NCBI GenBank assembly: GCA_965278965.1
Contig: OZ257127.1
Coordinates: forward strand, 2,676,911-2,740,910
Origin: Actinomycetes bacterium
GTDB taxonomy: Bacteria; Actinomycetota; Actinomycetes; S36-B12
Reading direction: 5' to 3'
DNA: 64,000 nucleotides
Every line of letters starts with the position of its first letter. Position 1 is the first letter of the stretch. The notes below the pieces were generated by a model, which saw only the letters and a program-made list of their open reading frames with translations, had not been told where the DNA came from and made no database searches. The position numbers and the translations under genes are program-made. Of the stretch, positions 45,997 through 54,574 are shown one piece after another.

Positions 45997-47123
45997 CGAT
46001 CGAGCTGCTGCGCCTGCACCGGTTGGAGCTTCCGCTGGTCCGTCCGTTCCGCACGAGCTTCGGCACGATCCGGGTGCGCGACGTGATCCTCGTCGAGGCG
46101 GTGACGTCCGACGGGCCGAGCGGCTGGGGGGAGTGCGTGTGCGACCCCCGACCGGCCTACTCCTACGAGTACAACGACATGGCGATCGACGTGATCGAGG
46201 AGCACCTGCTGCCCCGGCTTGCTGGGGTGGTGGGACCGGGCGGCGCCGACGGAGACCCGGAGGACGTCCGGGCCGCGATGGAACCCGTGCGCGGGCACCA
46301 CATGGCCAAGGGCGGCCTGTCGACCGCGATCCTGGACGCGTGGTTGCGCGAGCGTGACCAGTCCCTCGCCGCATACCTCGGCTCCGTGCGTGACACCGTT
46401 GCGTGCGGGGTGTCGGTCGGCATCCCGGTGACGGAGTCGATCGACGACCTGCTGGCCGAGGTCGGCGGGTACGTCGAAGCGGGCTACCGCCGGGTCAAGC
46501 TGAAGATCCAGCCGGGCTGGGACGTCGAGCCAGTGCGCGCGGTGCGTGAGGCGTGGCCCGACCTCCCGCTCCAGACCGACGCCAACCAGGCGTATCGCCG
46601 GTCCGATGCCGAGCACCTGGCTCAGCTCGACGTGTTCGACCTGCTGCTGCACGAGCAGCCGCTGGAGGAGGACGACTGGTACGGCCACGTCCTCCTCTCG
46701 CAGGCGTGCCGGACGCCGATCTGCCTCGACGAGTCGATCCACAGCGCCGCCTCGGCGGACTCGGCGCTCGCGCTCGGTGCGTGCTCGATCATCAACATCA
46801 AGCCGGGACGCGTCGGCGGATACCTGACCGCCCGCGACATCCACGACATCGCCAGGGCGAAGCGTCGAGCCGTGTGGTGCGGCGGCATGCTCGAGACCGG
46901 GATCGGCCGCGCGGCCAACCTCGCGCTGGCGTCACTCCCCGGGTTCACGCTGCCGGGCGACACGAGCGCGTCCGACCGCTACTACGGCCTGGACGTCACC
47001 CCGCCGTTCGTGCTCGACGACGGGTTCCTCCCGGTCCCGCAGGGGCCGGGCATCGGGGTCGACCCGATCCCCGCCGTCCTGGAGGAGCTGACCGTGTGGT
47101 CGGCCGAGCTTCGGGTCGTGTGA
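45993..47123 (+). CDS. enolase-superfamily enzyme, o-succinylbenzoate synthase / N-acylamino-acid racemase subfamily
   Basis: 376 aa from ATG 45993. N-terminus LPLVRPFRTSFGTIRVRDVILVEA...GWGEC. Barrel segments VKLKIQPGWD, LLHEQPLEEDD and CLDESI. Confidence 0.8.
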   Translation: MTIELLRLHRLELPLVRPFRTSFGTIRVRDVILVEAVTSDGPSGWGECVCDPRPAYSYEYNDMAIDVIEEHLLPRLAGVVGPGGADGDPEDVRAAMEPVRGHHMAKGGLSTAILDAWLRERDQSLAAYLGSVRDTVACGVSVGIPVTESIDDLLAEVGGYVEAGYRRVKLKIQPGWDVEPVRAVREAWPDLPLQTDANQAYRRSDAEHLAQLDVFDLLLHEQPLEEDDWYGHVLLSQACRTPICLDESIHSAASADSALALGACSIINIKPGRVGGYLTARDIHDIARAKRRAVWCGGMLETGIGRAANLALASLPGFTLPGDTSASDRYYGLDVTPPFVLDDGFLPVPQGPGIGVDPIPAVLEELTVWSAELRVV

Positions 47124-47165
47124 GACCCGCTCGTCACTCGTTCGTGTCCCGACGGTTCTACGCCG

Positions 47166-48553
47166 TCAGAACGGTGGTGGGTCGGGGTCGGGTTCGGGTG
47201 GTGGGGGGAGGAGGTCGGGGGCTTCGTGGTGGTAGATGCGGCCCAGGGGTGATCGCCAGGTGCCGTCGCCGCGGCGGGTGGTGTTGGCCAGGTCCCAGCC
47301 GCCGTGGGTTTTGATCTGGTGGTGGTGCTTGCACAAAGAGCCGAGCTCGGTGATGTTCGTGTGGCCGCCGGCGCTGAAGGGGGTGGCGTGGTCTACCTCG
47401 ACGCCGGGGCGCATTGCCGGGGTGTCGCAGGCGACGCCGCGGCAGTACCCGTCTCGCAGTTTCACGACGAGTTTCTGGATGTCGGAGCCGAGGTAGTGGG
47501 ACCGGCCGGCGTCCAGGATCACACCGGCGCTGTCGACCAGGAGCCGGCGGATCCTGGACCGGTCCCCGCAGGCGGCGATGACGTCGCGGATGACGTCCGC
47601 CTGGACCGCCGTCGTCCCGATCCGCCCGCCCTGCTCGGAGGTCCCGACGAGGGTGGCTAGGGGGACCAGGACGTTGACGTGCGCGGCAAGTTTCGCCTCG
47701 GCCACCGGGCCGTCGATGCGCCCGACGTTGCCGGGGTCGCCCAGGATCAGGGTGGTGAACGCGGCGACGCGGCGCTGGCCCCTCGTGACGCACCCGTCGG
47801 AAACCTCGAACCGGGCGTCGGCGGCGAGGGCGTTCACCGCGTCCATCACCGCGTGCCCGTGCGCCGTCGGCATCGTCGCGGTGATCTCGCACGTGCCCGG
47901 CTCCTCGCCCGGTCGGAGCCAGACGTTGTGGTCGGCTTCGGCGACCTCGCGGCGCTTGGCCCGGGCCGCGGCCGGGTCGGTCGCGATGATCAGCAGCGCG
48001 GTCTTGCGTGCCGACTGCCCGGAGAATGCGTCACCGCGAACGGCACAACCGTGGCGAGGACCTTCGTGCACGTCTTCGCGTACCGGGCAGACTCGGCCGA
48101 GTTGCCGTAGCCGGGAGCCTTATGCAGTTCCCGTCCGACCGCTCGCACGTGGTCCAGGCTCACGTCCCCGGCCAGCAGCGCGTCCTGCATCAGTCGCCAC
48201 GGCCCCGTGAGGTCGTACGACTCCTGGATCCGGGCATCCGACGCACGCGGAGACAGGCGGGTCGCCGCGGCGATCTCCGCCGACGCGCGCAGCTCCGCTG
48301 CCATGAACGGCGCATCCACGTGACCGTCAGCCTCCGCCGCGAAATGCTGCACAACCCGCTCGGTCACGTCCTTGCGCGCCTGGGCTTGGACCCCGGACAG
48401 CCACGCGACCGCGCGGTTCACCTGCTGCAGGTACGTGATCGCCTCGTTCGCCGACAGGTCCGCGACCGCGACGGCGCCAAGTCCGGCGACCAGCCCGGGG
48501 CCGGCGGGCAGCTCAACGAGTTTGCTCACCCCACGGCGCGTGGACTCCGACAT
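47166..48553 (-). pseudogene. DUF222/HNH endonuclease family gene (copy 2), disrupted by a 1-nt deletion in a G-run near 48018-48020
   Basis: Track ORFs 47990-48553 and 47166-48071 are colinear with copy 1 but in different frames. Copy 1 reads CATTCGCCGGGGCAGTCA where copy 2 reads CATTCTCCGGGCAGTCG (GGGG to GGG). Confidence 0.7.
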
Positions 48554-48630
48554 GCCCCGAAACTACCCCGACCCCCTGACACGCCCTGCCGACCGAGACC
48601 GCCGGAACCCGTTACCCCGCAACACTTCCA

Positions 48631-48683
48631 GACCTGCAGCTTGCGGGGCTCCGGAGGCCGGATCGGCCCGCAAGCTGTAGGTC
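48631..48683. repeat. hairpin at the 5' boundary of element copy 2 (homologue of 5248-5297); also terminator-like for the gene ending at 48693
   Basis: GACCTGCAGCTTGCGGG, a 19-nt loop, then CCCGCAAGCTGTAGGTC: a 17-bp stem with one G-U pair. Confidence 0.6.
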
Positions 48684-48692
48684 TCGATGGGG

Positions 48693-50684
48693 TCAGGCGT
48701 CGGCGACGGCAGTGACGCGGGAGACCGCGAAGTCGCGGACGGTGTCGGTGCGGTGGTCGAACGCGACGAGGATCCCGCCGTGCAGGCGGATGGGGTCGAC
48801 GACCTGCGTGGTGACGACGCCGTCCGTCCCGGCGTAGCCCAGCCAGACGGCGCGGGTGTCGGCGAGGGCCGTGCGCAGCGCCGTGACGACGGCCGAGGCG
48901 CTCTGGGGGTGCAGCTCGACGCTGGCGGCAGGCCCGGCGACCGGTGCCGCGGCCCGGCCGGCGGCGTCGGCCGCGCGAAGCGTCCGGACGGCGGCAGCGA
49001 CCAGCTTCTCGGAGGTCCCGCGACGCGTCTCGACCGTGGGCGGCCGGGGCGTCCGGATCCGGCGCTCATCGGGCCGGCGTACGACGACGGCTCCGTCGGG
49101 GCCTTCAGCAGCCGGCGCGAGTCCGGCGCCGCGTAGCGCGGCGAGCACCTCCGACGTCGGCGCCTGGCAGATGACGACGGAGTCGGCGATCTGCCGCAGC
49201 CCCAGCCCGCGCAGGCGCCGGTCGGCGACGAGCGCGTGCAGCGTCTCCGGGTCGTCGCTGCGGATGTAGGCCAGCGCGGGTCCGACGCGGACCGCGCCGT
49301 GGCGGCGGGCGACATCGTCGATGAGGTACGTGAGCGGCTGCGGCACCGCGGTCTGCGACAGCTCCGCGAGCAGCGCATGGATGGCTGCCGCGTCCCAGCC
49401 GACGTCGAGTGCACGCCGGATGCTCGTCTCCGTCACCCGGTACACCGTCGCGTGGCCCCGGGACTCGACGTCGGCGACCATGCGCAGCCGGCGGGAAGCC
49501 TCCGGGGCCAGCGGGCCTGGGGCGACGACCGTGAGGTCGGCTTGAACGAGCACGTGGTCGATGTCGTCCGGGAGGGCGTCGACGAGGGCGGCCAAAGTGG
49601 CGCGCCGGGTCGCCGCATCGCTTCCGCGCAGCAGCAGCCGGCCGGCAGTCGACAGCGCGCCGGCTCCGCTGACGCCCAGCTCCTCCGCCTCGCGCAGCGT
49701 CGCCCCGACGGTGAGGCGACGCAGCTCACCGGCTCGACGCGGCTCGCGATCGTCGAGGACCGTCTCGATCACCTCGGCGTCCAAGGTGCCGCCCGGTGGT
49801 GTCGTCGCCAGCAGGTCCAGGGTGTCGCGGCGCAGGGCGACGACGGCACGCCGGTCGCGGTCCGCCGACAGCACCTGCGTGCGTTCCTCCGCCAGCGACG
49901 GCAGCCGCGGCAACGACAGCCATGCGTCGACGAGGTCCAGCCACTGCTCTCCGGGCGGCTTGGCCAGCCACGTGTCGTAGGTGTCGGTCGGCACCCAGTG
50001 CGGGGGCTCGTCCTCGTCGTCGGCGACCAGCATCGCCGCGTGGGCGAGCTCGATGGTCAGCGCGGTCCGTCCCCAGTCGGCGTGCAGCCGACCACGCGCC
50101 GCGGCGAAGTCGCGCAGCGACAGCGCACCGCTGCGCAGGACCCCGGGCGGATGCGCCGACCAGTCGTCGAGGAGGTCGCGGACAAGCCCGACCGCCTCGC
50201 GTGCATGCACTGCTGCGAGCGCGTCGACCTGGTCGGCCCGGGCAACGACCGAGCCGGCCGGCAGGTCCGGCCGCGGCCAGGTCGGCAGGCCCACGCCGGC
50301 GACGAGGTCGCGCACCGGGAGCACCGCGTGCAGCCGCGCCGATGTCCCCCAGACCAGGGCGAGCGCGATGAGATCGTCGACGGCGGCGGCACATGCCGCC
50401 TTCGCGTCCGCCCCCAGCGGGGCGGTCGCCTGCTCGACCAGTGCGGTGCGCGAAAGCCCGTCGCCGCTCTGGGCGACGGTCCGAAGGACGTGCAGGGTCA
50501 AGGCATCCAGGCCGTCCAGGCACCGCGCGACGGACGGGCCGCTTGTCGCGCGTGCCGCCAGCGCCGTCATGTCCGTCGGGACAGGCCGGACGAGATCCGG
50601 GCGGCGGCGCAGCAGGCCGGCGAGCGCGTCGTCGTCGAACGCCCGGAGCGCGTCGGCCAGGCTCCGCGGTGCGGATCGGGCCAT
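48693..50684 (-). CDS. helicase-associated domain protein (XPB partner-like, Rv0862c-type conserved protein)
   Basis: ATG 50684 (4 nt after the upstream small-ORF stop) is preferred over 50720. About 663 aa, Ala/Leu/Arg-rich. Assigned from my memory of the actinobacterial XPB neighbourhood, not from a motif. Confidence 0.6.
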   Translation of the reverse strand: MARSAPRSLADALRAFDDDALAGLLRRRPDLVRPVPTDMTALAARATSGPSVARCLDGLDALTLHVLRTVAQSGDGLSRTALVEQATAPLGADAKAACAAAVDDLIALALVWGTSARLHAVLPVRDLVAGVGLPTWPRPDLPAGSVVARADQVDALAAVHAREAVGLVRDLLDDWSAHPPGVLRSGALSLRDFAAARGRLHADWGRTALTIELAHAAMLVADDEDEPPHWVPTDTYDTWLAKPPGEQWLDLVDAWLSLPRLPSLAEERTQVLSADRDRRAVVALRRDTLDLLATTPPGGTLDAEVIETVLDDREPRRAGELRRLTVGATLREAEELGVSGAGALSTAGRLLLRGSDAATRRATLAALVDALPDDIDHVLVQADLTVVAPGPLAPEASRRLRMVADVESRGHATVYRVTETSIRRALDVGWDAAAIHALLAELSQTAVPQPLTYLIDDVARRHGAVRVGPALAYIRSDDPETLHALVADRRLRGLGLRQIADSVVICQAPTSEVLAALRGAGLAPAAEGPDGAVVVRRPDERRIRTPRPPTVETRRGTSEKLVAAAVRTLRAADAAGRAAAPVAGPAASVELHPQSASAVVTALRTALADTRAVWLGYAGTDGVVTTQVVDPIRLHGGILVAFDHRTDTVRDFAVSRVTAVADA

Positions 50685-50688
50685 CAGG

Positions 50689-50964
50689 TCAGCGTCCGGT
50701 GCCGCGACGGCCCCGGGCACCCATCGTCAGCCCGGCGAAGACGACGAGCAGGCCGACGCCCGTCAGCATGGCGGCGAACCACATCACGCCCGGCAGATGA
50801 ACCGACGAGAAGAACAACGGGATGATCGCGACGAGCAGGCACAGCAGGCCGACGACGACCACCACGACGCCGGCGCGCAGCACCGCATCGGCGCGCGTGC
50901 GGGCCTGCTGGCCGGTTGTCGTCACCTGCCTAGCCTGGCAGGGCGGGTGCACGGCGCCACGCAT
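50689..50964 (-). CDS. small membrane protein (two TM segments)
   Basis: 91-aa ORF (alternative GTG start at 50922). Hydrophobic segments VVVVVVGLLCLLVAIIPLFF and WFAAMLTGVGLLVVFAGL. High GC3. Immediately upstream of the helicase-associated gene. Confidence 0.5.
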   Translation of the reverse strand: MRGAVHPPCQARQVTTTGQQARTRADAVLRAGVVVVVVGLLCLLVAIIPLFFSSVHLPGVMWFAAMLTGVGLLVVFAGLTMGARGRRGTGR

Positions 50965-51096
50965 GGGTGTGGCCGGCCAGGGGCACGTACGACGAAACCT
51001 GTTGCCGCCAGGGCTATCGAGGTCTACAGTCCGGCGCTAGCAGTCGGTTCGGACGCAGAGTGATGCGTTGCGCGCATGTGGTCCGCCCAGCGCGTC

Positions 51097-51106
51097 GGGG
51101 GGGGGG
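51097..51106 (+). repeat. G10 homopolymer tract in a divergent intergenic region
   Basis: cgcgtcGGGGGGGGGGacag, about 95 nt upstream of the cupredoxin-like gene start. Confidence 0.95.
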
Positions 51107-51201
51107 ACAGAGGCTCCGTGCCTCACCGTGACAGTCCGTCGAACTTCCCGGGCCCGGTATCGACCCTCCCGGAGCGCACGACACCTCAAGGTCAGGCACC
51201 C

Positions 51202-52086
51202 ATGCGCCATCGACTCTCCTCGGCATTCGTCCTCACGGCACTTCTGGGCGCCGCCGCCCTCGTCGCCTCGCCCATCGGCTCACCGGCAGGAGCCGCACCG
51301 GCGGTTCCCGTCGTCACGATCTCGGTGGCCGGCGACCAAGCCCAGGTCAGCACCCCGACCATCACCCCCGGCGTCGTGGAGTTCCACGTCGGTGCGACGT
51401 TCAAGGTCCCCGGTCCCGACGGCGGGCCTGACCCGCTGAGCGTCGTCCAGACCGACCACCTCGACACGATCCTGACCGAGTTGCCGAAGGTGTTCGGCGA
51501 CACCAGCACACCCGAGGCCTTGGCCGCTTCGGCGCAGGCGATTCAGGCCATCCATGGTGCGGGGACGTTCTACGGCGGCGGTACCAAAGGCACCGTCTGG
51601 CGAGTCCTGCTGCACCCCGGTACCTACTCCGTGTTCGGCGCGCAGTCGACGGCCATGGGGATGGCCAAGCCCACGACCTTCGTCGTCGCCGGCGACGCGC
51701 GCCCCGGGACCCTCACCGCGACGCAGCTGAGCGTCCGAGCCGTCGGTGCCGTCGGGGCGAGCCGGTGGTCCGTCAGCCAGCGGAGTGCGCCGGTGACGTG
51801 GGTCCGATTCACCAACGCCTCGCACGAGCTGCACTTCATGGACATGCTCGGCGTCAAGCCCGGAACCACGCCGAAGGATGTCCGCAAGGGACTCTTCGGA
51901 TCGGGTGAACCGAAGTTCCTCACCGGGAACGAGGTCGTCTTCGACGTCGTCTCCCCTGGGGTGACTGTCGCGATCAAGGCGACCGTGCCCTCGGGGCGCT
52001 ACCTCCTCGTGTGCTTCATGCCCGGCGAGACCGACGGCATGCCGCACGCGTTGATGGGGATGTGGAAGCTCGTCACCGTCCGGTAG
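51202..52086 (+). CDS. secreted protein with a C-terminal cupredoxin (azurin-like) copper-site motif
   Basis: ATG 51202. Signal peptide MRHRLSSAFVLTALLGAAALVASP. C-terminal CFMPGETDGMPHALMGMWKLVTV resembles the type-1 Cu ligand loop C-x(n)-H-x(2-4)-M. An upstream His candidate lies in NASHELHF. Confidence 0.6.
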   Translation: MRHRLSSAFVLTALLGAAALVASPIGSPAGAAPAVPVVTISVAGDQAQVSTPTITPGVVEFHVGATFKVPGPDGGPDPLSVVQTDHLDTILTELPKVFGDTSTPEALAASAQAIQAIHGAGTFYGGGTKGTVWRVLLHPGTYSVFGAQSTAMGMAKPTTFVVAGDARPGTLTATQLSVRAVGAVGASRWSVSQRSAPVTWVRFTNASHELHFMDMLGVKPGTTPKDVRKGLFGSGEPKFLTGNEVVFDVVSPGVTVAIKATVPSGRYLLVCFMPGETDGMPHALMGMWKLVTVR

Positions 52087-52122
52087 CCGCGACGGCGGAG
52101 ACATCGTCGATGGCTACGTGAC

Positions 52123-53691
52123 GTGGCGACGCCGCGCTGGGCGAAGGTCGCGATCGTCGCCCTGGTCGTCGTGCACGCCGGGACCGCGGTCGCGATCGCC
52201 GCGCGGCTCCCCGACGGCGCCGGCTGGTTCGGCGGCACGACGGCGGTCGGCGCGTCGGCCTGCCGGGCCGTGCAGGGCGCGACGCGTCAGGCCGACTGTC
52301 GCGCCAGCGTCCTGCCGCCCTCGTACTCGGCGATGTCCATGGGCGTCCCCGACTACGGCACCGGAGCCGGCGGTTCGGGCCACGCCCACGGCGCGACGAT
52401 CGGGGTCGACACCCTCACGGGGCCGACCGTTCCGCCGGACGAGGCCTACACGATCGTCGCGGCGTGGGGCTCCCAGGACGTCGGCGGCAGCCCGCGCCGC
52501 GTCCTGACCTTCAATGGCACCACGCCCGGCCCGACGTTGTCGCTGACGCAGGGAGACCTCGTGCAGGTCACGCTTCAGAACACCGACGTCGCCGACGGCG
52601 TGACGATCCACTGGCACGGCGTGGACGTGCCCGGCGGCGAGGACGGCGTCGCCGGCGTCACCCAGGATGCGGTGCTTCCCGGGGAGGAGTTCACCTACCG
52701 TTTCGTCGTCCCCGACGCCGGGACGTACTGGTACCACACGCATCAGGACTCGGTGCGCAACGTCGCGCTGGGCCTGTTCGGCGCCATCGTGGTGGCCCCG
52801 CGCCAGGTCGTTGTCGATCCGGTCCCCGACCTCCCCGCGGTCATCCACACCTACGGCACCACGACGACCATCAATGCGATCGCCGGGCAGACCGGCGTCG
52901 AGCTGCCCGCGGGGACATCGGCCCGCGTACGCATCATCAACGCGGACAACGGGCCGCGGCTCGTCACCGCCACCGGCGATTTTCGAGTCGCGGCCCTGGA
53001 CGGCACCGACCTCGACGGGGGTGCGCCGCTCACCGACACGTACGTCGACGTCCCTGCCGGAGGACGCGTGGACCTCGTCGTCCCCGTCGAGGTCGGCGGG
53101 ACGAGGGTCGGCATTCTCGGCGGACCGTCACTCGTCCTCGGCCCGGCGGGATCGGCGCCGCCCCCGCTGGCCGCGCGCGCCGGGTTCGACCCCTTGGCGT
53201 ACGGGACCGCCGGCGGATCCGCGCGGGCCGCGGCCGCGCTCGGTCCCATCACGCGCCGGTTCACGTATCGGGTCGGCCAGCGCGTCGGGTACCTGGACGG
53301 TCGTCGCGGCTATTGGTACACGATCAACGGGCGGACCATCCCGCACGTCCCGATGTTCATGGTGCGGACGGGCGACGTCGTGCTGTTCCGCGTGACGAAC
53401 GCGACGAGCGTCGTGCATCCCATGCACCTGCACGGGCACCACGCGCTCGTCGTCTCCCGGAACGGCGTCCCCGCGTCCGGTGCCCCCTGGTGGGTCGACT
53501 CGCTCGAGGTCCGCCCGGGCCAGACCTACGAGCTCGAGCTCGTCGCAGACAACCCGGGAATCTGGATGGACCACTGCCACAACCTGCCGCATGTGCGGCT
53601 CGGTCTCATGACGCACCTGATGTACGAGGGAGTTGGCACGCCGTTCCGGATCGGCCACGTGCGTCCAGGGCTCGTGAACACCCCGGAGTAG
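52123..53691 (+). CDS. multicopper oxidase
   Basis: 522 aa from GTG 52123. Copper-binding motifs HWHG, WYHTH, HPMHLHGH and HCHNLPH. N-terminal hydrophobic anchor or signal. Confidence 0.9.
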   Translation: MATPRWAKVAIVALVVVHAGTAVAIAARLPDGAGWFGGTTAVGASACRAVQGATRQADCRASVLPPSYSAMSMGVPDYGTGAGGSGHAHGATIGVDTLTGPTVPPDEAYTIVAAWGSQDVGGSPRRVLTFNGTTPGPTLSLTQGDLVQVTLQNTDVADGVTIHWHGVDVPGGEDGVAGVTQDAVLPGEEFTYRFVVPDAGTYWYHTHQDSVRNVALGLFGAIVVAPRQVVVDPVPDLPAVIHTYGTTTTINAIAGQTGVELPAGTSARVRIINADNGPRLVTATGDFRVAALDGTDLDGGAPLTDTYVDVPAGGRVDLVVPVEVGGTRVGILGGPSLVLGPAGSAPPPLAARAGFDPLAYGTAGGSARAAAALGPITRRFTYRVGQRVGYLDGRRGYWYTINGRTIPHVPMFMVRTGDVVLFRVTNATSVVHPMHLHGHHALVVSRNGVPASGAPWWVDSLEVRPGQTYELELVADNPGIWMDHCHNLPHVRLGLMTHLMYEGVGTPFRIGHVRPGLVNTPE

Positions 53692-53774
53692 GCCGAGAGG
53701 GTAGCCTTGCTGGGCGCGGCGGCTGTCCGCGCCGGGCGCCGTGCGTGCGTCCGTCCACTGTTAGCGAGGACGCC

Positions 53775-54158
53775 GTGCCTACCGGAACCGTCAAGTGGTA
53801 CGACGCTGAGAAGGGCTTCGGCTTCATCACGTCGGACGAGAACGACGACGTCTTCGTGCATGTGTCGGTCCTGCCCACGGGTGTGGCCGCGCTCAAGCCC
53901 GGCACGCGCGTGGAGTTCGGCATCGTCGACGGCCGCAAGGGCAAGCAGGCGCTGTCGCTGACCGTCCTGTCGGCCGCCCCGTCCGTCGTCAAGAGCAGCC
54001 GCAAGCCGGCCGACGACATGGCGATCATTCTCGAGGACCTCATCAAGCTCCTTGACGGCGTCTCGAACCAGCTCCGCCGCGGCAAGTACCCGCCGGATGC
54101 GATGGCCTCCAAGACCGCCGCCGTCCTCCGCGCGGTGGCCGACGACCTCGACGTCTAG
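53775..54158 (+). CDS. cold-shock domain protein with a C-terminal extension
   Basis: GTG 53775. GTVKWYDAEKGFGFI (RNP1) and DVFVH (RNP2). 127 aa. Confidence 0.9.
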   Translation: MPTGTVKWYDAEKGFGFITSDENDDVFVHVSVLPTGVAALKPGTRVEFGIVDGRKGKQALSLTVLSAAPSVVKSSRKPADDMAIILEDLIKLLDGVSNQLRRGKYPPDAMASKTAAVLRAVADDLDV

Positions 54159-54194
54159 GAGCGTCGACGTCGGCCGCACGACCTGCCGTCGCCG

Positions 54195-54527
54195 TCAGGC
54201 CGTGATCTCCAGCCTCTCGATGAGGCCGTCCTCCGCGACGGTCAGGACGTAGCGCAGGTCGACGACGCCGCCGGGGAAGTCGCCCTCCAACCGGTAGCGC
54301 GCGACGAACCTCCGCTCACCGACGGGCTCGAAACCCTGGAAGTCGCGCGTGAAGGAGTACTCCGAGCCGGCGCGCTCGACGAACTCACGGACGTCGTCGC
54401 CGGTGTAGGTGCGCCCGTCGTCCACCACGACCGCGTCGGCGGTGAAGCATGCGCGGGCCGTGGCGTGGTCGCCGCGATCGGCGGCGTCGAGGTACGTGAT
54501 GGCCGGGAGCGGGATGCGAGTGGTCAT
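54195..54527 (-). CDS. NTF2/SnoaL-like fold protein
   Basis: 110 aa from ATG 54527. Small alpha+beta pattern. Divergent from the MerR gene. Confidence 0.65.
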   Translation of the reverse strand: MTTRIPLPAITYLDAADRGDHATARACFTADAVVVDDGRTYTGDDVREFVERAGSEYSFTRDFQGFEPVGERRFVARYRLEGDFPGGVVDLRYVLTVAEDGLIERLEITA

Positions 54528-54574
54528 GCCGCGATCGTGGAGCCTGCCCCTGGGACAAGGTCAAGAATGTCCGG

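Noticed and set aside
51183-51193. Third copy of the ACCTTGAGGTT/AACCTCAAGGT hairpin family upstream of the cupredoxin-like gene
   Set aside because: Only the right-arm half (ACCTCAAGGTC) is present. No complementary left arm occurs within 80 nt upstream, so this is not a hairpin and may be a coincidental or decayed half-site.
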